Counted from the first letter of the stretch, positions 19,297 through 29,737 are shown. The stretch: DNA of 64,000 nt from Dehalococcoidia bacterium (GCA_965262725.1 OZ253555.1:3520001-3584000), one strand, 5' to 3'. Program-made: numbers and translations. The notes: generated by a model from the sequence alone, not told the origin.

Positions 19297-21165
19297 TCAG
19301 CGAGGGGGCAGGGCGCCTCCCGGCTCCCGCGCCGCGCCGAGATCGACGAGTGCGTTGAGCTGGTGGACCAGGTCGAGGATGCGAAGCGCCTCCTCGAGCG
19401 CCATCTCTCCCGACGCAAGCTCGGCTAGCGCCGCCTCCAGCGCCGCGCGCGCCTCTTCCGCGCTGAGCGCGGCCCCCCCGGGCCCCGGTTGTGCCCCGGC
19501 AACGCCGGCCGGCGCCGCGCTTCCCCCGGGCACCGGGCTGACACCGGGCTGCGCCGTCGCGCTCCCGCCCGGCCCGGGGGTCCCGGGCGCGTTCCCTGGC
19601 GACCCCGGCGTCGCATCCGGGGGCGGCGGCCCTGCGGCTCCGCCTGGAACGCCCGGCGCCGGGCCGGGCTGCCCGCCCCCCCCCTCCGTCCCGGCCGCCG
19701 GCGTCGGCTCCGGCGCAGCCGCCGCCCCCAGCGCGCGCAGCACGATCTCAAGGTTCGCGCGCGCGTCGTCGTCGTCCGGATCGCGGAGCAGCGCCGTCAC
19801 GAAGGCATCGCGAGCCGCCTCGAGCCGGAGGGCGCGCGCGGCGTGGGTCCCCCGCGCGTACGCAGCGACCGCGGCGAGCTCGGGGTCCTCCGTCTCGTCC
19901 GCGGCCCGCGCCGCCGCCTCCATCGCCTCCTCGTAGCGCTCGAGACGGCCGAGCGCGTTGCCGCGATCGTAGGCGAGGATCGCGAGATCCTCCGCCGTCG
20001 GCGCCGCCTGAGCTGCGGCCTCGTAGCGAAGAAGCGCCTCCTCGTAGCGATCCGCCTGATACGCGTCGTTGCCGGCGCGCGTCTCGCGGTACGCCTCGCT
20101 CCCTCCGCAGGAGGCGACGAGTGCCGCGCCGAGGGCCAGGAGCACGGACGCCGACAACGCCGAGAGCAATCGCGGCCGCCCGCGTCCCCCGCGACCCCTC
20201 CCGCCCTCGGCTACCAGCTCGCGCGCCCCCAGGAGCGCGAGCGCGATGGCGGCTCCCCACTGAAAGCGCTCGATGGGGGCGCGCTCCCGGTCCTCGGCCA
20301 AGCGCGTTTGCGCGAGCCGCCGGAAGGCCACCGCCAGCCCCGGGATCGAGGAGAGCGAGCGCAGCTCGCCGCCGGTGCCCCTCGCAGCATCGGCGAGCAG
20401 CGCCGTGTCCGGCACGCTGACCTCGGACCCGCCCTCGCGACGTTCGGCGCCCGGCAGCGCTCCGCCGCCGGGTGCGCCCGCCACCGCCGTGTAGATGCGG
20501 ACGCCGCGCGCAACCGCCGTCTCCCGGGCGAAGTCGACGAAGCGGTTCCCGGCGGGATCCTCGCCGTCGGAGATGAGCACGATCGCCTGCGTGCGCGCCG
20601 CGTCGTCCACGTTGAGCGCGTCGAGCGCGCGCTGCAGGGCGACGCCGACGTTACTGCCCGGCCGCATCAGCGCCGCCTCCGACTGCGCGCGCTCCACGAG
20701 CTGTGCCAGCACCTCGAGGTCCCGCGTGAGGGGCGAGCGCACCAGGGCGCTGCCGGCGAAGGTCACGAGCGCGGCACGGTCGCCGACGAGACCGCCAAGC
20801 AGCCCCGTGAGCGCACCAGCCGCCGCGTGCGCCCGGCTCGGATCGACGTCCGTCGCCGTCATAGACCGCGAGACGTCGAGGACGAGTGCCACGTCGATGC
20901 CCCGCTGCTCGACGCTCCGCTGCTCCTCGCCCCACTGCGGGCGGGCGGCGGCGAGCAACGCCGCCGCGATAGCGGCGACCAGCAGCACGCCGCGCAACCG
21001 TCGCCGGGCGCTGGAGCGGCCCCGGCGCAGCGCCGCCGGGCCGCCGACCTCGCGGTCCGCGGCCGCGCGGCGACGCTCGGCGTAGCGGAGCGCCCCCCAC
21101 ACCACGGGCACCAGGGCGAGGGCGAGCAGGAGCGCCGGCGCGCCGAAGGCGACGGGGCCGATCAC
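19297..21165 (-). CDS. BatB-like VWA domain fused to BatC-like TPR domain
   Basis: ARPQWG, MIDAS DVSRS...ISDGED, then TM, LVASC, TPRs (YDRGNALGRL, DDARANLE), Pro/Gly linker; GTGA overlap start. Confidence 0.85.
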   Translation of the reverse strand: MIGPVAFGAPALLLALALVPVVWGALRYAERRRAAADREVGGPAALRRGRSSARRRLRGVLLVAAIAAALLAAARPQWGEEQRSVEQRGIDVALVLDVSRSMTATDVDPSRAHAAAGALTGLLGGLVGDRAALVTFAGSALVRSPLTRDLEVLAQLVERAQSEAALMRPGSNVGVALQRALDALNVDDAARTQAIVLISDGEDPAGNRFVDFARETAVARGVRIYTAVAGAPGGGALPGAERREGGSEVSVPDTALLADAARGTGGELRSLSSIPGLAVAFRRLAQTRLAEDRERAPIERFQWGAAIALALLGARELVAEGGRGRGGRGRPRLLSALSASVLLALGAALVASCGGSEAYRETRAGNDAYQADRYEEALLRYEAAAQAAPTAEDLAILAYDRGNALGRLERYEEAMEAAARAADETEDPELAAVAAYARGTHAARALRLEAARDAFVTALLRDPDDDDARANLEIVLRALGAAAAPEPTPAAGTEGGGGQPGPAPGVPGGAAGPPPPDATPGSPGNAPGTPGPGGSATAQPGVSPVPGGSAAPAGVAGAQPGPGGAALSAEEARAALEAALAELASGEMALEEALRILDLVHQLNALVDLGAAREPGGALPPR

Positions 21166-22118
21166 GGCTGTCTCCTGAGCCAGCTCGCGGCCAGGACGGC
21201 GTCGAGGGCGAGCAGGAGGGCGGCGGCGCCCGCGAGCCACGGCCCGAACTCGCGGAACGACTCGAAGCGCCGCTCCCCCACGCGGCTGCGCTCCAGCCGG
21301 CCAATCGACTCGTAGGCGGCCGCGAGCTCCGCCTGCGTCCTGGCGTCGTAGTAGGAGGCATCCGTCAGCTCGGCGATCCGGCGCAGCGTCGCCTCATCGA
21401 CCGCCGACGTGCCGTCGCGCGAGAGGAACGCGACCGTGTAGACGCGCACGCCGAGCGCCGCCGCCATCTGCGCCGCCTCGACCGGCGTCACCTCCCCGGC
21501 GTTGTTCTGCCCGTCGGTGAGCAGCACGACGACGCGGCTGCGCGCCGGCGACTCGCGGAGGAGGCCCGCCGCCTCGGCGAGGCCGAGTCCGATCGCCGTC
21601 CCGTCCTCGATCAGCCCCGGCCCCGAGGCGCGCACGCGGCTTGCCATCGCGTCGAGATCGTCGGTGAGGGGAGAGAGCACCAGCGCTCGCGACTGGAAGA
21701 TCACCATCCCCACGCGGTCGCCCTCGAGCGTGCCGAAGAACTCCTCGAGCACCGCGCGCGCCGCCTCGAGGCGGGTCGGTCCGGGGCGCGCCGTCACGTT
21801 GCCCATCGACGTCGAGACATCGAGGGCGACAACGATGTCGATCCCCTCCTCGGGGATCGACACGGTCGCGAGCCCCTGCTGCGGCCGCGCCAGAGCGATG
21901 ACGATCAGAGCCGCCGCGAGAAGGCGCAGCATCCGGCCGACCCACAGCAGGCGAAGCCTCACGCTGCGGCGTCCTGAACCGGCACTCCGCCACGGTCCGA
22001 GATCCGCCACGGCGAGCGCGGGGCGCCCGGGCGCACGCAGCGCGCGCCAGAGCGCGAGTGCCGCTACCGCCGGGAGCCCCAGCAGCAGGATGGGGGCGGC
22101 GAAGGAGAGTTCGCTCAT
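21162..22118 (-). CDS. BatA-like VWA domain membrane protein
   Basis: ALARPQ, GIDIVVALDVSTSM, DGTAIG, LLTDGQNNAG. Confidence 0.9.
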   Translation of the reverse strand: MSELSFAAPILLLGLPAVAALALWRALRAPGRPALAVADLGPWRSAGSGRRSVRLRLLWVGRMLRLLAAALIVIALARPQQGLATVSIPEEGIDIVVALDVSTSMGNVTARPGPTRLEAARAVLEEFFGTLEGDRVGMVIFQSRALVLSPLTDDLDAMASRVRASGPGLIEDGTAIGLGLAEAAGLLRESPARSRVVVLLTDGQNNAGEVTPVEAAQMAAALGVRVYTVAFLSRDGTSAVDEATLRRIAELTDASYYDARTQAELAAAYESIGRLERSRVGERRFESFREFGPWLAGAAALLLALDAVLAASWLRRQP

Positions 22119-23158
22119 CCCGCCGTTCCCTTACCCGCCGGCGCCTCGCCGTCTCCCTCTTCGGCTGAGGCGGCCTCTGCCCGCGCGCGGCCGAGCTCGA
22201 CGATCTCGTAGGCGAGCGTGAGGTCGTGGTCGGCTGACTCGCGATCGGGGTGGCGGCGCGCGTAAACGGCGCGATCGCAGCGCTCCAGCAACCCGACGAC
22301 GAGGCGCGCCTGCCAGCGATCGATCCCCTCACCGACCATCCGCCCCTCGAGTTCGTTCGTCGTAAGGGCGGTGGCTCGGAAGCCGCCCCGCGCCTCCAGG
22401 TACTCGCGCACGACCGAGGCGATCTCGCTGTAGTAGCGCACGGCCCCCTCGCCGGCGTCCGGTGCGCCGCGGCTCGCGAGCGCGTCGAGGCGCGCCCGGG
22501 CCCCCTCCTCGAGCGGCCACCCCGCTTCCCCGCGCCGCGCGCGCGCGCTCGACCGGCGCCGGCGGCGCACCATCGAGCGCAGCAGCCACCACGCGAGCGC
22601 CAGCAGGAGCAGTGCCCCGACGGCGACGAGCGCGCGGGCGATCACCTCGGCGCGCTGCCAGGGGAGGGGCGCGCCCCCGACGTCCCGCTGAGGCGGGAGC
22701 GGCCTCAGCGCCTCGTCGTCCGGGGCAGTCGTCGCCCCGATCGTGAGCGCCGGCAGGGCGACGGGGAGCTCGATCCGGCTCCCGTCGTCCCGCAGCGCCC
22801 GCACGACGGTCTCGCCGAGCTCGACGCGCCCGAGAGCGAAGGCGGCGATGGTGTAGACGTGCTCGCTCACCAGCCGGCCATCCGGCGTCTCGCCCTCCGA
22901 CACCGTCGCGCCCTCGACGAGGTGCACGGCGAGCGCCGCGTCCACCCGGCCCACGGCGACGACCTGGTCGTTGCCGTGCTCGACCCGAACCACGAGGCGG
23001 ACCGGCTCCCCGAGCACCGCCGTGACGGGGTTGAGGGTGACCCGGACCTCGATCGCACCCGGCGGCGCCTCTTGGCCGCGCGCCGGCGCGGCGGCGAGGA
23101 GGAGCGCGAGGCATGCGACGACCGCCGCGGAGCCGGCCACCCCTGGCCCCGGGCTCAC
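22115..23158 (-). CDS. Bat-operon membrane protein (signal peptide, Ig-like beta domain, TM, helical tail)
   Basis: Signal peptide LLLAAAPARG, one TM, YYSEIASVVREYLE...ALTTNE tail; position between DUF58 and BatA; GTGA overlap start. Confidence 0.7.
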   Translation of the reverse strand: MSPGPGVAGSAAVVACLALLLAAAPARGQEAPPGAIEVRVTLNPVTAVLGEPVRLVVRVEHGNDQVVAVGRVDAALAVHLVEGATVSEGETPDGRLVSEHVYTIAAFALGRVELGETVVRALRDDGSRIELPVALPALTIGATTAPDDEALRPLPPQRDVGGAPLPWQRAEVIARALVAVGALLLLALAWWLLRSMVRRRRRSSARARRGEAGWPLEEGARARLDALASRGAPDAGEGAVRYYSEIASVVREYLEARGGFRATALTTNELEGRMVGEGIDRWQARLVVGLLERCDRAVYARRHPDRESADHDLTLAYEIVELGRARAEAASAEEGDGEAPAGKGTAG

Positions 23159-24111
23159 CGCGCCATCGCCCGGCGCCGGAAGTACGCGACCAGCGGGGCG
23201 ACGACGCCCTCCCCCACGCGCAGCTCGATCTCGTCGACGCCGGCCGAGGCGAGAGCGCGCCGCCTGGCGGCCGCGCGCTCTGAGGCCGCCTGCTCGTAGC
23301 GACGCCGGACGCGCGCATCGTCGGTGTCGAGCACCAGCCGTTCGCCGCGCTCGACGTCCTCGACCTCGACAATCCCCAGCCGCGGAAGAGCGAGATCGAA
23401 CGCGTCGACCAGCGTCACGGCGATCACCTCGTGGCGCCGGGAGAGGGCGGCGAGCGCGCGCTCGTAGCCAACCGCGAGAAAGTCCGAAACCAGCACCACC
23501 ACCGATCTGCGCGACAGCACACGCGAGAGATGCTCGCAAGCCACGGCGAGGTCGGTGCCCGCCCCCCTCCCAGCGTGGTGCACGACCTCGCGCACGATGC
23601 GCAGCACGTGCCGGCTCCCCTTCGCCGGCGCCACGAACCGCTCCACGCGATCGGTAAAGGTCATCAGGCCGGCCCGGTCGTTGTTGAAGAGCGCGGCGAA
23701 GCTCATGAGCGCCACCACCTCCGCCGCCGTTCCCAGGCGACCGGCATCGGGGAACGCGGCGTACTGCGAGGCCGAGAGATCCACCGCGCAGAGAACCGCG
23801 AGCTCGCGCTCCTCGACGTACTCCTTCACCCAGGGCTCCCCCAGGCGGGCGGTGACGTTCCAGTCGATAAAGCGCACGTCGTCGCCGGGGATGTACTCCC
23901 GGACCTCGGCGAACTCCATCCCCGTTCCGCGGAACACCGAGCGATAGTCGCCGGCGACGAACTGGGTGGCGAGGCGGCGCGCTCTCAGGGCGATGCGCCG
24001 GATCGCGGCGACCTCCTCGGCGTCGAGTGCCGCCTCCGCGCTGGCGCGCGCGGTGGCCCGCCCGCCGGCACCGGCCGCGCCGGCGCGCGACCGCGTCGGG
24101 AGGGGCGGCAC
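23155..24111 (-). CDS. DUF58 domain protein
   Basis: YRSVFRGTGMEFAEVREYIPGDDVRFIDWNVTAR, EEREL, VSDF. Confidence 0.92.
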   Translation of the reverse strand: MPPLPTRSRAGAAGAGGRATARASAEAALDAEEVAAIRRIALRARRLATQFVAGDYRSVFRGTGMEFAEVREYIPGDDVRFIDWNVTARLGEPWVKEYVEERELAVLCAVDLSASQYAAFPDAGRLGTAAEVVALMSFAALFNNDRAGLMTFTDRVERFVAPAKGSRHVLRIVREVVHHAGRGAGTDLAVACEHLSRVLSRRSVVVLVSDFLAVGYERALAALSRRHEVIAVTLVDAFDLALPRLGIVEVEDVERGERLVLDTDDARVRRRYEQAASERAAARRRALASAGVDEIELRVGEGVVAPLVAYFRRRAMAR

Positions 24112-24113
24112 GG

Positions 24114-25124
24114 TCAGGGGATCCCGACGCCGTCGAGCAGCCGCTCCACGACCGCCGCCGCCGTCACCGACTGCGCCTCGGCCTCGTAGGAGAGGACGAG
24201 TCGGTGTCTCAGCACGTCGCTCGCCATCTCCTTGATGTCATCCGGAAGCACGTAGTCGCGGCCCCGGATGAAGGCGTAGGCCTGCGCAGACCGCGCCACG
24301 AAGACGCCGGCCCGCGGCGACGCCCCGTACTCCACCAGCGGCGAGAGCTCCCCCAGGCGGTAGCGCGCCGGAGTGCGCGTCGCCTCCATCAACCGCACGA
24401 CATACTCTCGCAGACGCTCGTCCACCTGGACCCGCGCCGTCGCCCGCCTGAGGGCAGCGATCTGGTCCGGGCCGACCACGGCGCGCACGTCGGGCTCTTC
24501 CCCGGCGAGAGCGCGATCGAGGATCTCGCGCTCCTCCTCCCGCTCCGGGTAGTCGACGTGAATCTCGAGCATGAAGCGATCGAGCTGCGCCTCGGGAAGC
24601 GGGTAGGTCCCTTCGTGCTCGATCGGGTTCTGGGTCGCGAAGACGATGAAGGGGTCCGGCAGCGCGAGCGTCTCACCCCCGATAGAGACCTGGCGTTCCT
24701 GCATCGCCTCAAGCAGCGCCGACTGCACCTTCGCCGGAGCACGGTTGATCTCGTCGGCGAGCACGACGTTCGCGAAGATCGGACCACGGCGGATGTGGAA
24801 CTCGGCGTCGCGCGGCTGGAAGACGAGCGTCCCCGTGAGATCGGCCGGCAGCAGATCGGGGGTGAACTGCACGCGAGAGAAGGAGAGACTGAGCGTCCGG
24901 GCCAGTGTCGAGACGGAGAGCGTCTTCGCGAGGCCCGGCACGCCTTCGACCAGCGCGTGGTTCGCCGTCAGCAGTGCCACGAGCAGTCGGTCGACGAGCC
25001 TCTCCTGGCCGACGATGACCCGGCCCACCTCGGCGCGCACGTCGGCGATCACCGCGTGCAGCGTCGCCCTATCGGCAACGCCGGAGTCGCCCGCGACCCT
25101 GCTCTCGGCTCGCTGTTCGGTCAT
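24114..25124 (-). CDS. MoxR-family AAA+ ATPase (Bat operon)
   Basis: [48 protein letters not shown]. Confidence 0.95.
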   Translation of the reverse strand: MTEQRAESRVAGDSGVADRATLHAVIADVRAEVGRVIVGQERLVDRLLVALLTANHALVEGVPGLAKTLSVSTLARTLSLSFSRVQFTPDLLPADLTGTLVFQPRDAEFHIRRGPIFANVVLADEINRAPAKVQSALLEAMQERQVSIGGETLALPDPFIVFATQNPIEHEGTYPLPEAQLDRFMLEIHVDYPEREEEREILDRALAGEEPDVRAVVGPDQIAALRRATARVQVDERLREYVVRLMEATRTPARYRLGELSPLVEYGASPRAGVFVARSAQAYAFIRGRDYVLPDDIKEMASDVLRHRLVLSYEAEAQSVTAAAVVERLLDGVGIP

Positions 25125-25230
25125 CTCGCCTCATGTCGCCTCGGGGGGCGACGCACGTCCGGGGCCACGGCGCGACGTGGGAAGTGTAGCGCCCGCCCGC
25201 GTTCGATGAGGAGGCGGCGGCGCGGCTAGC

Positions 25231-25923
25231 TGTAGTTCCCACGGGTTACTGCAGGTGCGGGCCCCGCCTGCTGCTGTGTGTGTAGCAAGCATCGGCAGCA
25301 GGGGAGGAGCCTCTCGTGACGCATCGAAACGCGCGTCCAACCCCGGTCACCGGCCAGAGATGCTCCGGGAGGTGGGGGCCGGCGGTCCCAGGCGCCGGTC
25401 GCCCGCCGCTTCCGCGTCTCCCGCCGAACGGTCCAGGAGTGGGTGCGCCGCCTCCGAGAGGCAGGAGCGGACGGGATCAAGAACCGCACCTCCGCCCCGC
25501 ACTCGAACCCGCGGCGCACCGCAGACGAGCTGGAGCAGCGCATTTGCCCCGTGCGCAGCAGCGACGGCTTCGGTCCGCACCGCGTCTACCGGGAGAGCGG
25601 ACACGGCTCCCGTCCGCCGCGCCGCACTCGCCCCGTCGGCTGCGCCTGCTACGCCGAGCGCCCCGTGTCCACCTGGACGGTGACGACCTCGAGCTCGTGG
25701 TACCTGCGGTGCTGCACGGATGATGCGCAGTGGCGCAGCAGCCGGAACGAGAGCTCACGGTCGTCCTCGATCTGCCTCTGATCGCCTAGATACGCGAGCC
25801 GGCCCTCCACGTTCTCATCCATGCCTGCCGAGGTTGCGACGAACTCGGCGCGGAGGACGGGAGTCCTCGCGCGGCTAGCTGCCTCCTCGAGGACGCCGAG
25901 CGACAACCTTCATGGGAGCCACA
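25231..25923 (+). mobile_element. Degenerate, internally shortened IS481-family element (693 bp)
   Basis: TGT...ACA ends, imperfect IRs TGTAGTTCCCA / TGTGGCTCCCA, 6-bp direct repeat GCTAGC at 25225-25230 and 25924-25929; frameshifted transposase pieces (THRNAR, VSRRTVQEWVRR...RTSAPHSNPRRT, C-terminal DNLHGSHS). Confidence 0.85.
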
Positions 25924-25924
25924 G

Positions 25925-28900
25925 CTAGCGGGCGACGGCGAGAACCGGCTCGCGAGAGCCCCGCTCGGCAATGCGCGCGTCGGCGCCGGAGGCCGGCGCG
26001 GGTGCCCCGTGCTCGGCGACCTCGCCCAGCACGCCGAGGAGTGCCCGGACGCGCGGGAGCAGCGGGGCGGCGGCGGCGACCCCGGGCAGCGCCAGCCGCT
26101 CGACGCGACCGCCTCGCGTCCGCACGGATAGCTCGACCGGGAGATCGCCTGCGCTCTCCGTCAGCATCGCCACCAGGCGTCGCATCCGCCGCCGGTCCGC
26201 CCCCTCGTCGGTCGTCTCCTCGATCGAGATGACGAGGCGCCTCGGCCCCCCGTCACCGTCCGCTCCCTGCACGCCGTCGCCGTTCCGAGAGGGCTCCTGG
26301 GGCTCGACGGCGTACAGCCCACCACGAGCCGCCCCCGGGCCGCCGCCGTCCGGGACAGGCGCCGGTCCGGCCCCGGCTTCCGGTCGGGGTGGCGCTCCTC
26401 CCGACGGCGTCCGGCCGTCGCGGGCGCCTGACCCCCGAGCCGCCGCCCGGCCGCCCCCCGGTCCGCCCGCGGGACGGAAGCGGCCGGCGTCGAAGTCGAT
26501 CAACTGCCCCGACTCGAGGTCGAACGGCGCCAGCTCCTCGACGGCGACCGTGAGCCGATCGCCCCGGCTGCGCACAGACGCCTTCGCCAGCACGACGTTG
26601 CCCGGCACCGCGCAGTCGCGGTGGCGCTCGTACGCCTCCGGCCAGAGCGTGAGCTCCGCCGAGCCGGAGAGGTCCTCGATCGTGACGGCGGCAAACGGCC
26701 GGCCCTGCCGCGTGGCGAGCGGGCGGACGCCCGTCACCATGCCGGCCACCGTCACCTGGGAGCCTGCGAGGTCGAGACCGAGCTCGGTCGCCTGCGCCGT
26801 GGTGTGCTCCGCCAGAGCGCTCGCGGCCTGCCGATAGGGGTGCTCGCTGATGTAGGTCCCCAGCAGCTCCTTCTCCCACTGCAGGCGCTCCCGGCGCGGC
26901 ACCTCCACGGGCTCGAGATCGAGGGCCGGGAGCGGCGCGTCGACGTGATCGCCGAAGAGGTCGAACATCGAGGTCTGCCCCGTCTCACGTCGCCTCTGCT
27001 CCTGCTGCGCGAATGAGAGGACGCGATCGATCCCGGCGACCACCGTCCCGCGGCCGGCGACGCCGTCGAGGCCGTCGAGGCCGTCGAGCCCCCCTGCCTT
27101 CGCCAGCGACTCCAGCACGCGGCGGTTCAGCTCGCGCGGCTGGATGCGGCTCGCGAAGTCCTTGAGCGAGCGGAAAGGCCCGTTCGCCTCCCGCTCCGCG
27201 ACGAGCGTCTCCACGGCCGCTCGGCCCACGTTCTTCACCTGCGCGAGCCCGAAGCGAATGGCGGCGGCGGATCCCGCCCCCTCCCCCCGCTCGATCGTGA
27301 AATGGACACCCGAGCGGTTGATGTCCGGCGGCAGCACCGGCGTGTCGAGCCGCGCACACTCGCCGACCGCGCGGGCGATGCGCTCCTGCGCGCCCGTGGG
27401 GTGAGATCCCGCGGAGATCAGCACGGCCGCCATGAACTCGACCGGGTAGTGCGCCTTGAGGTACGCGGTCTGATAGGCGATCGTGCCGTAGGAGAAGGCG
27501 TGGGCCTTGTTGAAGGCGTACCCGGCGAACGGCTCGATGAGATCGAAGATCTGCTCGGCGAGCCGCGCGTCGTACCCGCGCTCCGCCGCGCCGCCGACGA
27601 AGCGCTCCCGCTCCGCCAGCATCACGGCCGGTATCTTCTTCCCCATCGCCTTCCGCATCACGTCGGCCTGCCCCAGCGTGTAGCCGGCGAAGACGCGGGC
27701 GATCTGCAGCACCTGGTCCTGGTAGGTGATGACCCCGTAGGTTTCGTCGAGGATGCCGGCGAGATCGGGATGCGGGTAGTGCGCCTTGGCGCGCCCGTGC
27801 TTCACGTCGATGTAGCGCGGGATCTGATCCATGGGACCCGGCCTGTAGAGCGCGACCATCGCCGAGAGCTCCCCGATGTTCTCGGGCCGCAGCTCGCGGA
27901 CCTGTCGCCTCATCCCTGCCGACTCCATCTGGAAGACCCCGAACGTATCGGCCTGAGCCAAGAGGGCGGCTGCGGCCGGATCGCCGTCCGGCAGCGTCCT
28001 GAGGTCGAGGTCGAGCCCGTGAAGCTCGCGCACCAGCTCCACAGCCTGGCCCAGGATCGTGAGATTGGTGAGGCCGAGGTAGTCCATCTTCAGGAGGCCG
28101 ATGCGGGCGACGTCGTCCATCGCGTACTGCGTGGTCGGCAGGAGCTCCTGATCGCCGTCGCGCGCCGACGTCGCTCGCTGCAGCGGCACGACCTCCGAGA
28201 GCGCTCCGCGAGAGATCACGATGCCCGCCGCGTGCGTCGAGGCGTGGCGCGCCACGCCCTCGAGGCCGCGCGCCGTTTCCACAAGCTCCGCAACCGCCGC
28301 GTCCTGCTCGACCGCGAGGGCGAGCTCCGGGACGTCAGCGACCGCCTGCTCCAGCGTCACGTGCAGCACGTCGGGCACGAGCCGTGCGATGCGGTCGACG
28401 TCCCCGTAGCCCATCCCGAGCGCTCGCCCCGAGTCCCGGATCGCCGCCTTCGCCCCGAGCGTCCCGAAGGTGATGATCTGGGCCACGCGGTCGCGCCCGA
28501 AGCGCTCGGCCGTGTAGCGGATCACTTCCTCGCGCCGGTCGTCGGCGAAGTCGAAGTCGACATCCGGCATCTCGCGACGCTCCGGGTTGAGGAAGCGCTC
28601 GAAGACGAGACCGTACTGCGTAGGCTCGATGTCGGTCACGTCGAGGCAGTAGAGGATGACGGAGGCGGCGGCCGAGCCCCGCACGCCCATCGGGATCTTC
28701 CGCTCGCGCGCGAACGCCGCGATGTCGCGCACGATCAGCATGTACTCGACGAAGCCGCACTCCTCGACGACGCGCAGCTCGTAGTCGAGCCGCTCGCGGT
28801 GCGCCTCCGTGGGGCTGCCGTAGCGACGCCTCAGACCCTCCTCGCAGAGGCGCCGCAGGAACGCCGCCGGCCTCTCGCCCGCCGGCACGCCCGGATCGGG

Positions 28901-29737
28901 GAGCAGGGAGCGGCCGAAGGTGAGCTCGAGGCCCACCTCCTCCGCTATGCGCGCCGTGTTGTCGCAGGCGTCGGGCAGCTCGGAGAAGAGCGCGCGCATC
29001 TCCTGCTCGGACTTCAGGTAGAAGGAGTCCCCGTCGAGCCGGAAGCGGTTCTCGTCGTGGATCGTGGCATTGGTCCCGATGCAGAGCAGCAGGTCGTGCA
29101 GGCGATGCTGCTGGGGCGTCGTGTAGTGCGAGTCGTTGGTGGCCACGAGCGGGAGCGCGAGCTCGCGCGCGAGCCCGACCAGGCCGGGCGTCAGGCGGCT
29201 GAACTGCTCCTGCCCGTGCTCCTGGAGCTCCACGTAGTAGCGCCCCGGGAAGCGCTCGCGGTACCACGACGCCGCCTCACGCGCGTCCTGCTCGCGACCA
29301 TCGGCTAGCGCCGTCATGAGCTCGCCCGACGGGCATCCCGAGAGCACGATCAGCCCTTCCGCGTGGCGCTCGAGCAGCTCGCGATCGATGCGCGGGCGGT
29401 AGTAGAACCCCTCGAGGTGGGACGCCGTCGACAGTGCGAGGAGGTTCCGGTAGCCCGTCTCGTCCCTCGCCAGGAGCGTGAGGTGCCACGGCGAGCGCTC
29501 GGCGGCGGAGCGGTCGTGGCGGCTCCCGTGCGCCACGTAGCCCTCGAGGCCGATGATCGGCTTGACGCCGGCCGCGCGCGCCGCCTCATAGAACTGGACG
29601 GCTCCGTAGAGCACGCCGTGATCCGTGATGGCGAGGGACTCCTGGCCGAGCGCCTTCGCGCGCGCCACGAGGTCCGGGATCTTCGAGAGCCCGTCGAGCA
29701 ACGAGTACTCGCTGTGCGTGTGGAGATGAGCAAACAT
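25925..29737 (-). CDS. dnaE: DNA polymerase III alpha subunit
   Basis: PHP HLHTHSEYSLLDG/TDHG, RGSAAAS, FERFLNPER, PDVDFD, FAGYAFNKAH; ATG 29737. Confidence 0.97.
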   Translation of the reverse strand: MFAHLHTHSEYSLLDGLSKIPDLVARAKALGQESLAITDHGVLYGAVQFYEAARAAGVKPIIGLEGYVAHGSRHDRSAAERSPWHLTLLARDETGYRNLLALSTASHLEGFYYRPRIDRELLERHAEGLIVLSGCPSGELMTALADGREQDAREAASWYRERFPGRYYVELQEHGQEQFSRLTPGLVGLARELALPLVATNDSHYTTPQQHRLHDLLLCIGTNATIHDENRFRLDGDSFYLKSEQEMRALFSELPDACDNTARIAEEVGLELTFGRSLLPDPGVPAGERPAAFLRRLCEEGLRRRYGSPTEAHRERLDYELRVVEECGFVEYMLIVRDIAAFARERKIPMGVRGSAAASVILYCLDVTDIEPTQYGLVFERFLNPERREMPDVDFDFADDRREEVIRYTAERFGRDRVAQIITFGTLGAKAAIRDSGRALGMGYGDVDRIARLVPDVLHVTLEQAVADVPELALAVEQDAAVAELVETARGLEGVARHASTHAAGIVISRGALSEVVPLQRATSARDGDQELLPTTQYAMDDVARIGLLKMDYLGLTNLTILGQAVELVRELHGLDLDLRTLPDGDPAAAALLAQADTFGVFQMESAGMRRQVRELRPENIGELSAMVALYRPGPMDQIPRYIDVKHGRAKAHYPHPDLAGILDETYGVITYQDQVLQIARVFAGYTLGQADVMRKAMGKKIPAVMLAERERFVGGAAERGYDARLAEQIFDLIEPFAGYAFNKAHAFSYGTIAYQTAYLKAHYPVEFMAAVLISAGSHPTGAQERIARAVGECARLDTPVLPPDINRSGVHFTIERGEGAGSAAAIRFGLAQVKNVGRAAVETLVAEREANGPFRSLKDFASRIQPRELNRRVLESLAKAGGLDGLDGLDGVAGRGTVVAGIDRVLSFAQQEQRRRETGQTSMFDLFGDHVDAPLPALDLEPVEVPRRERLQWEKELLGTYISEHPYRQAASALAEHTTAQATELGLDLAGSQVTVAGMVTGVRPLATRQGRPFAAVTIEDLSGSAELTLWPEAYERHRDCAVPGNVVLAKASVRSRGDRLTVAVEELAPFDLESGQLIDFDAGRFRPAGGPGGGRAAARGSGARDGRTPSGGAPPRPEAGAGPAPVPDGGGPGAARGGLYAVEPQEPSRNGDGVQGADGDGGPRRLVISIEETTDEGADRRRMRRLVAMLTESAGDLPVELSVRTRGGRVERLALPGVAAAAPLLPRVRALLGVLGEVAEHGAPAPASGADARIAERGSREPVLAVAR
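27062..27088. repeat. In-frame 9-bp tandem repeat x3 in dnaE (LDG)3
   Basis: (GCCGTCGAG)3. Confidence 0.8.
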
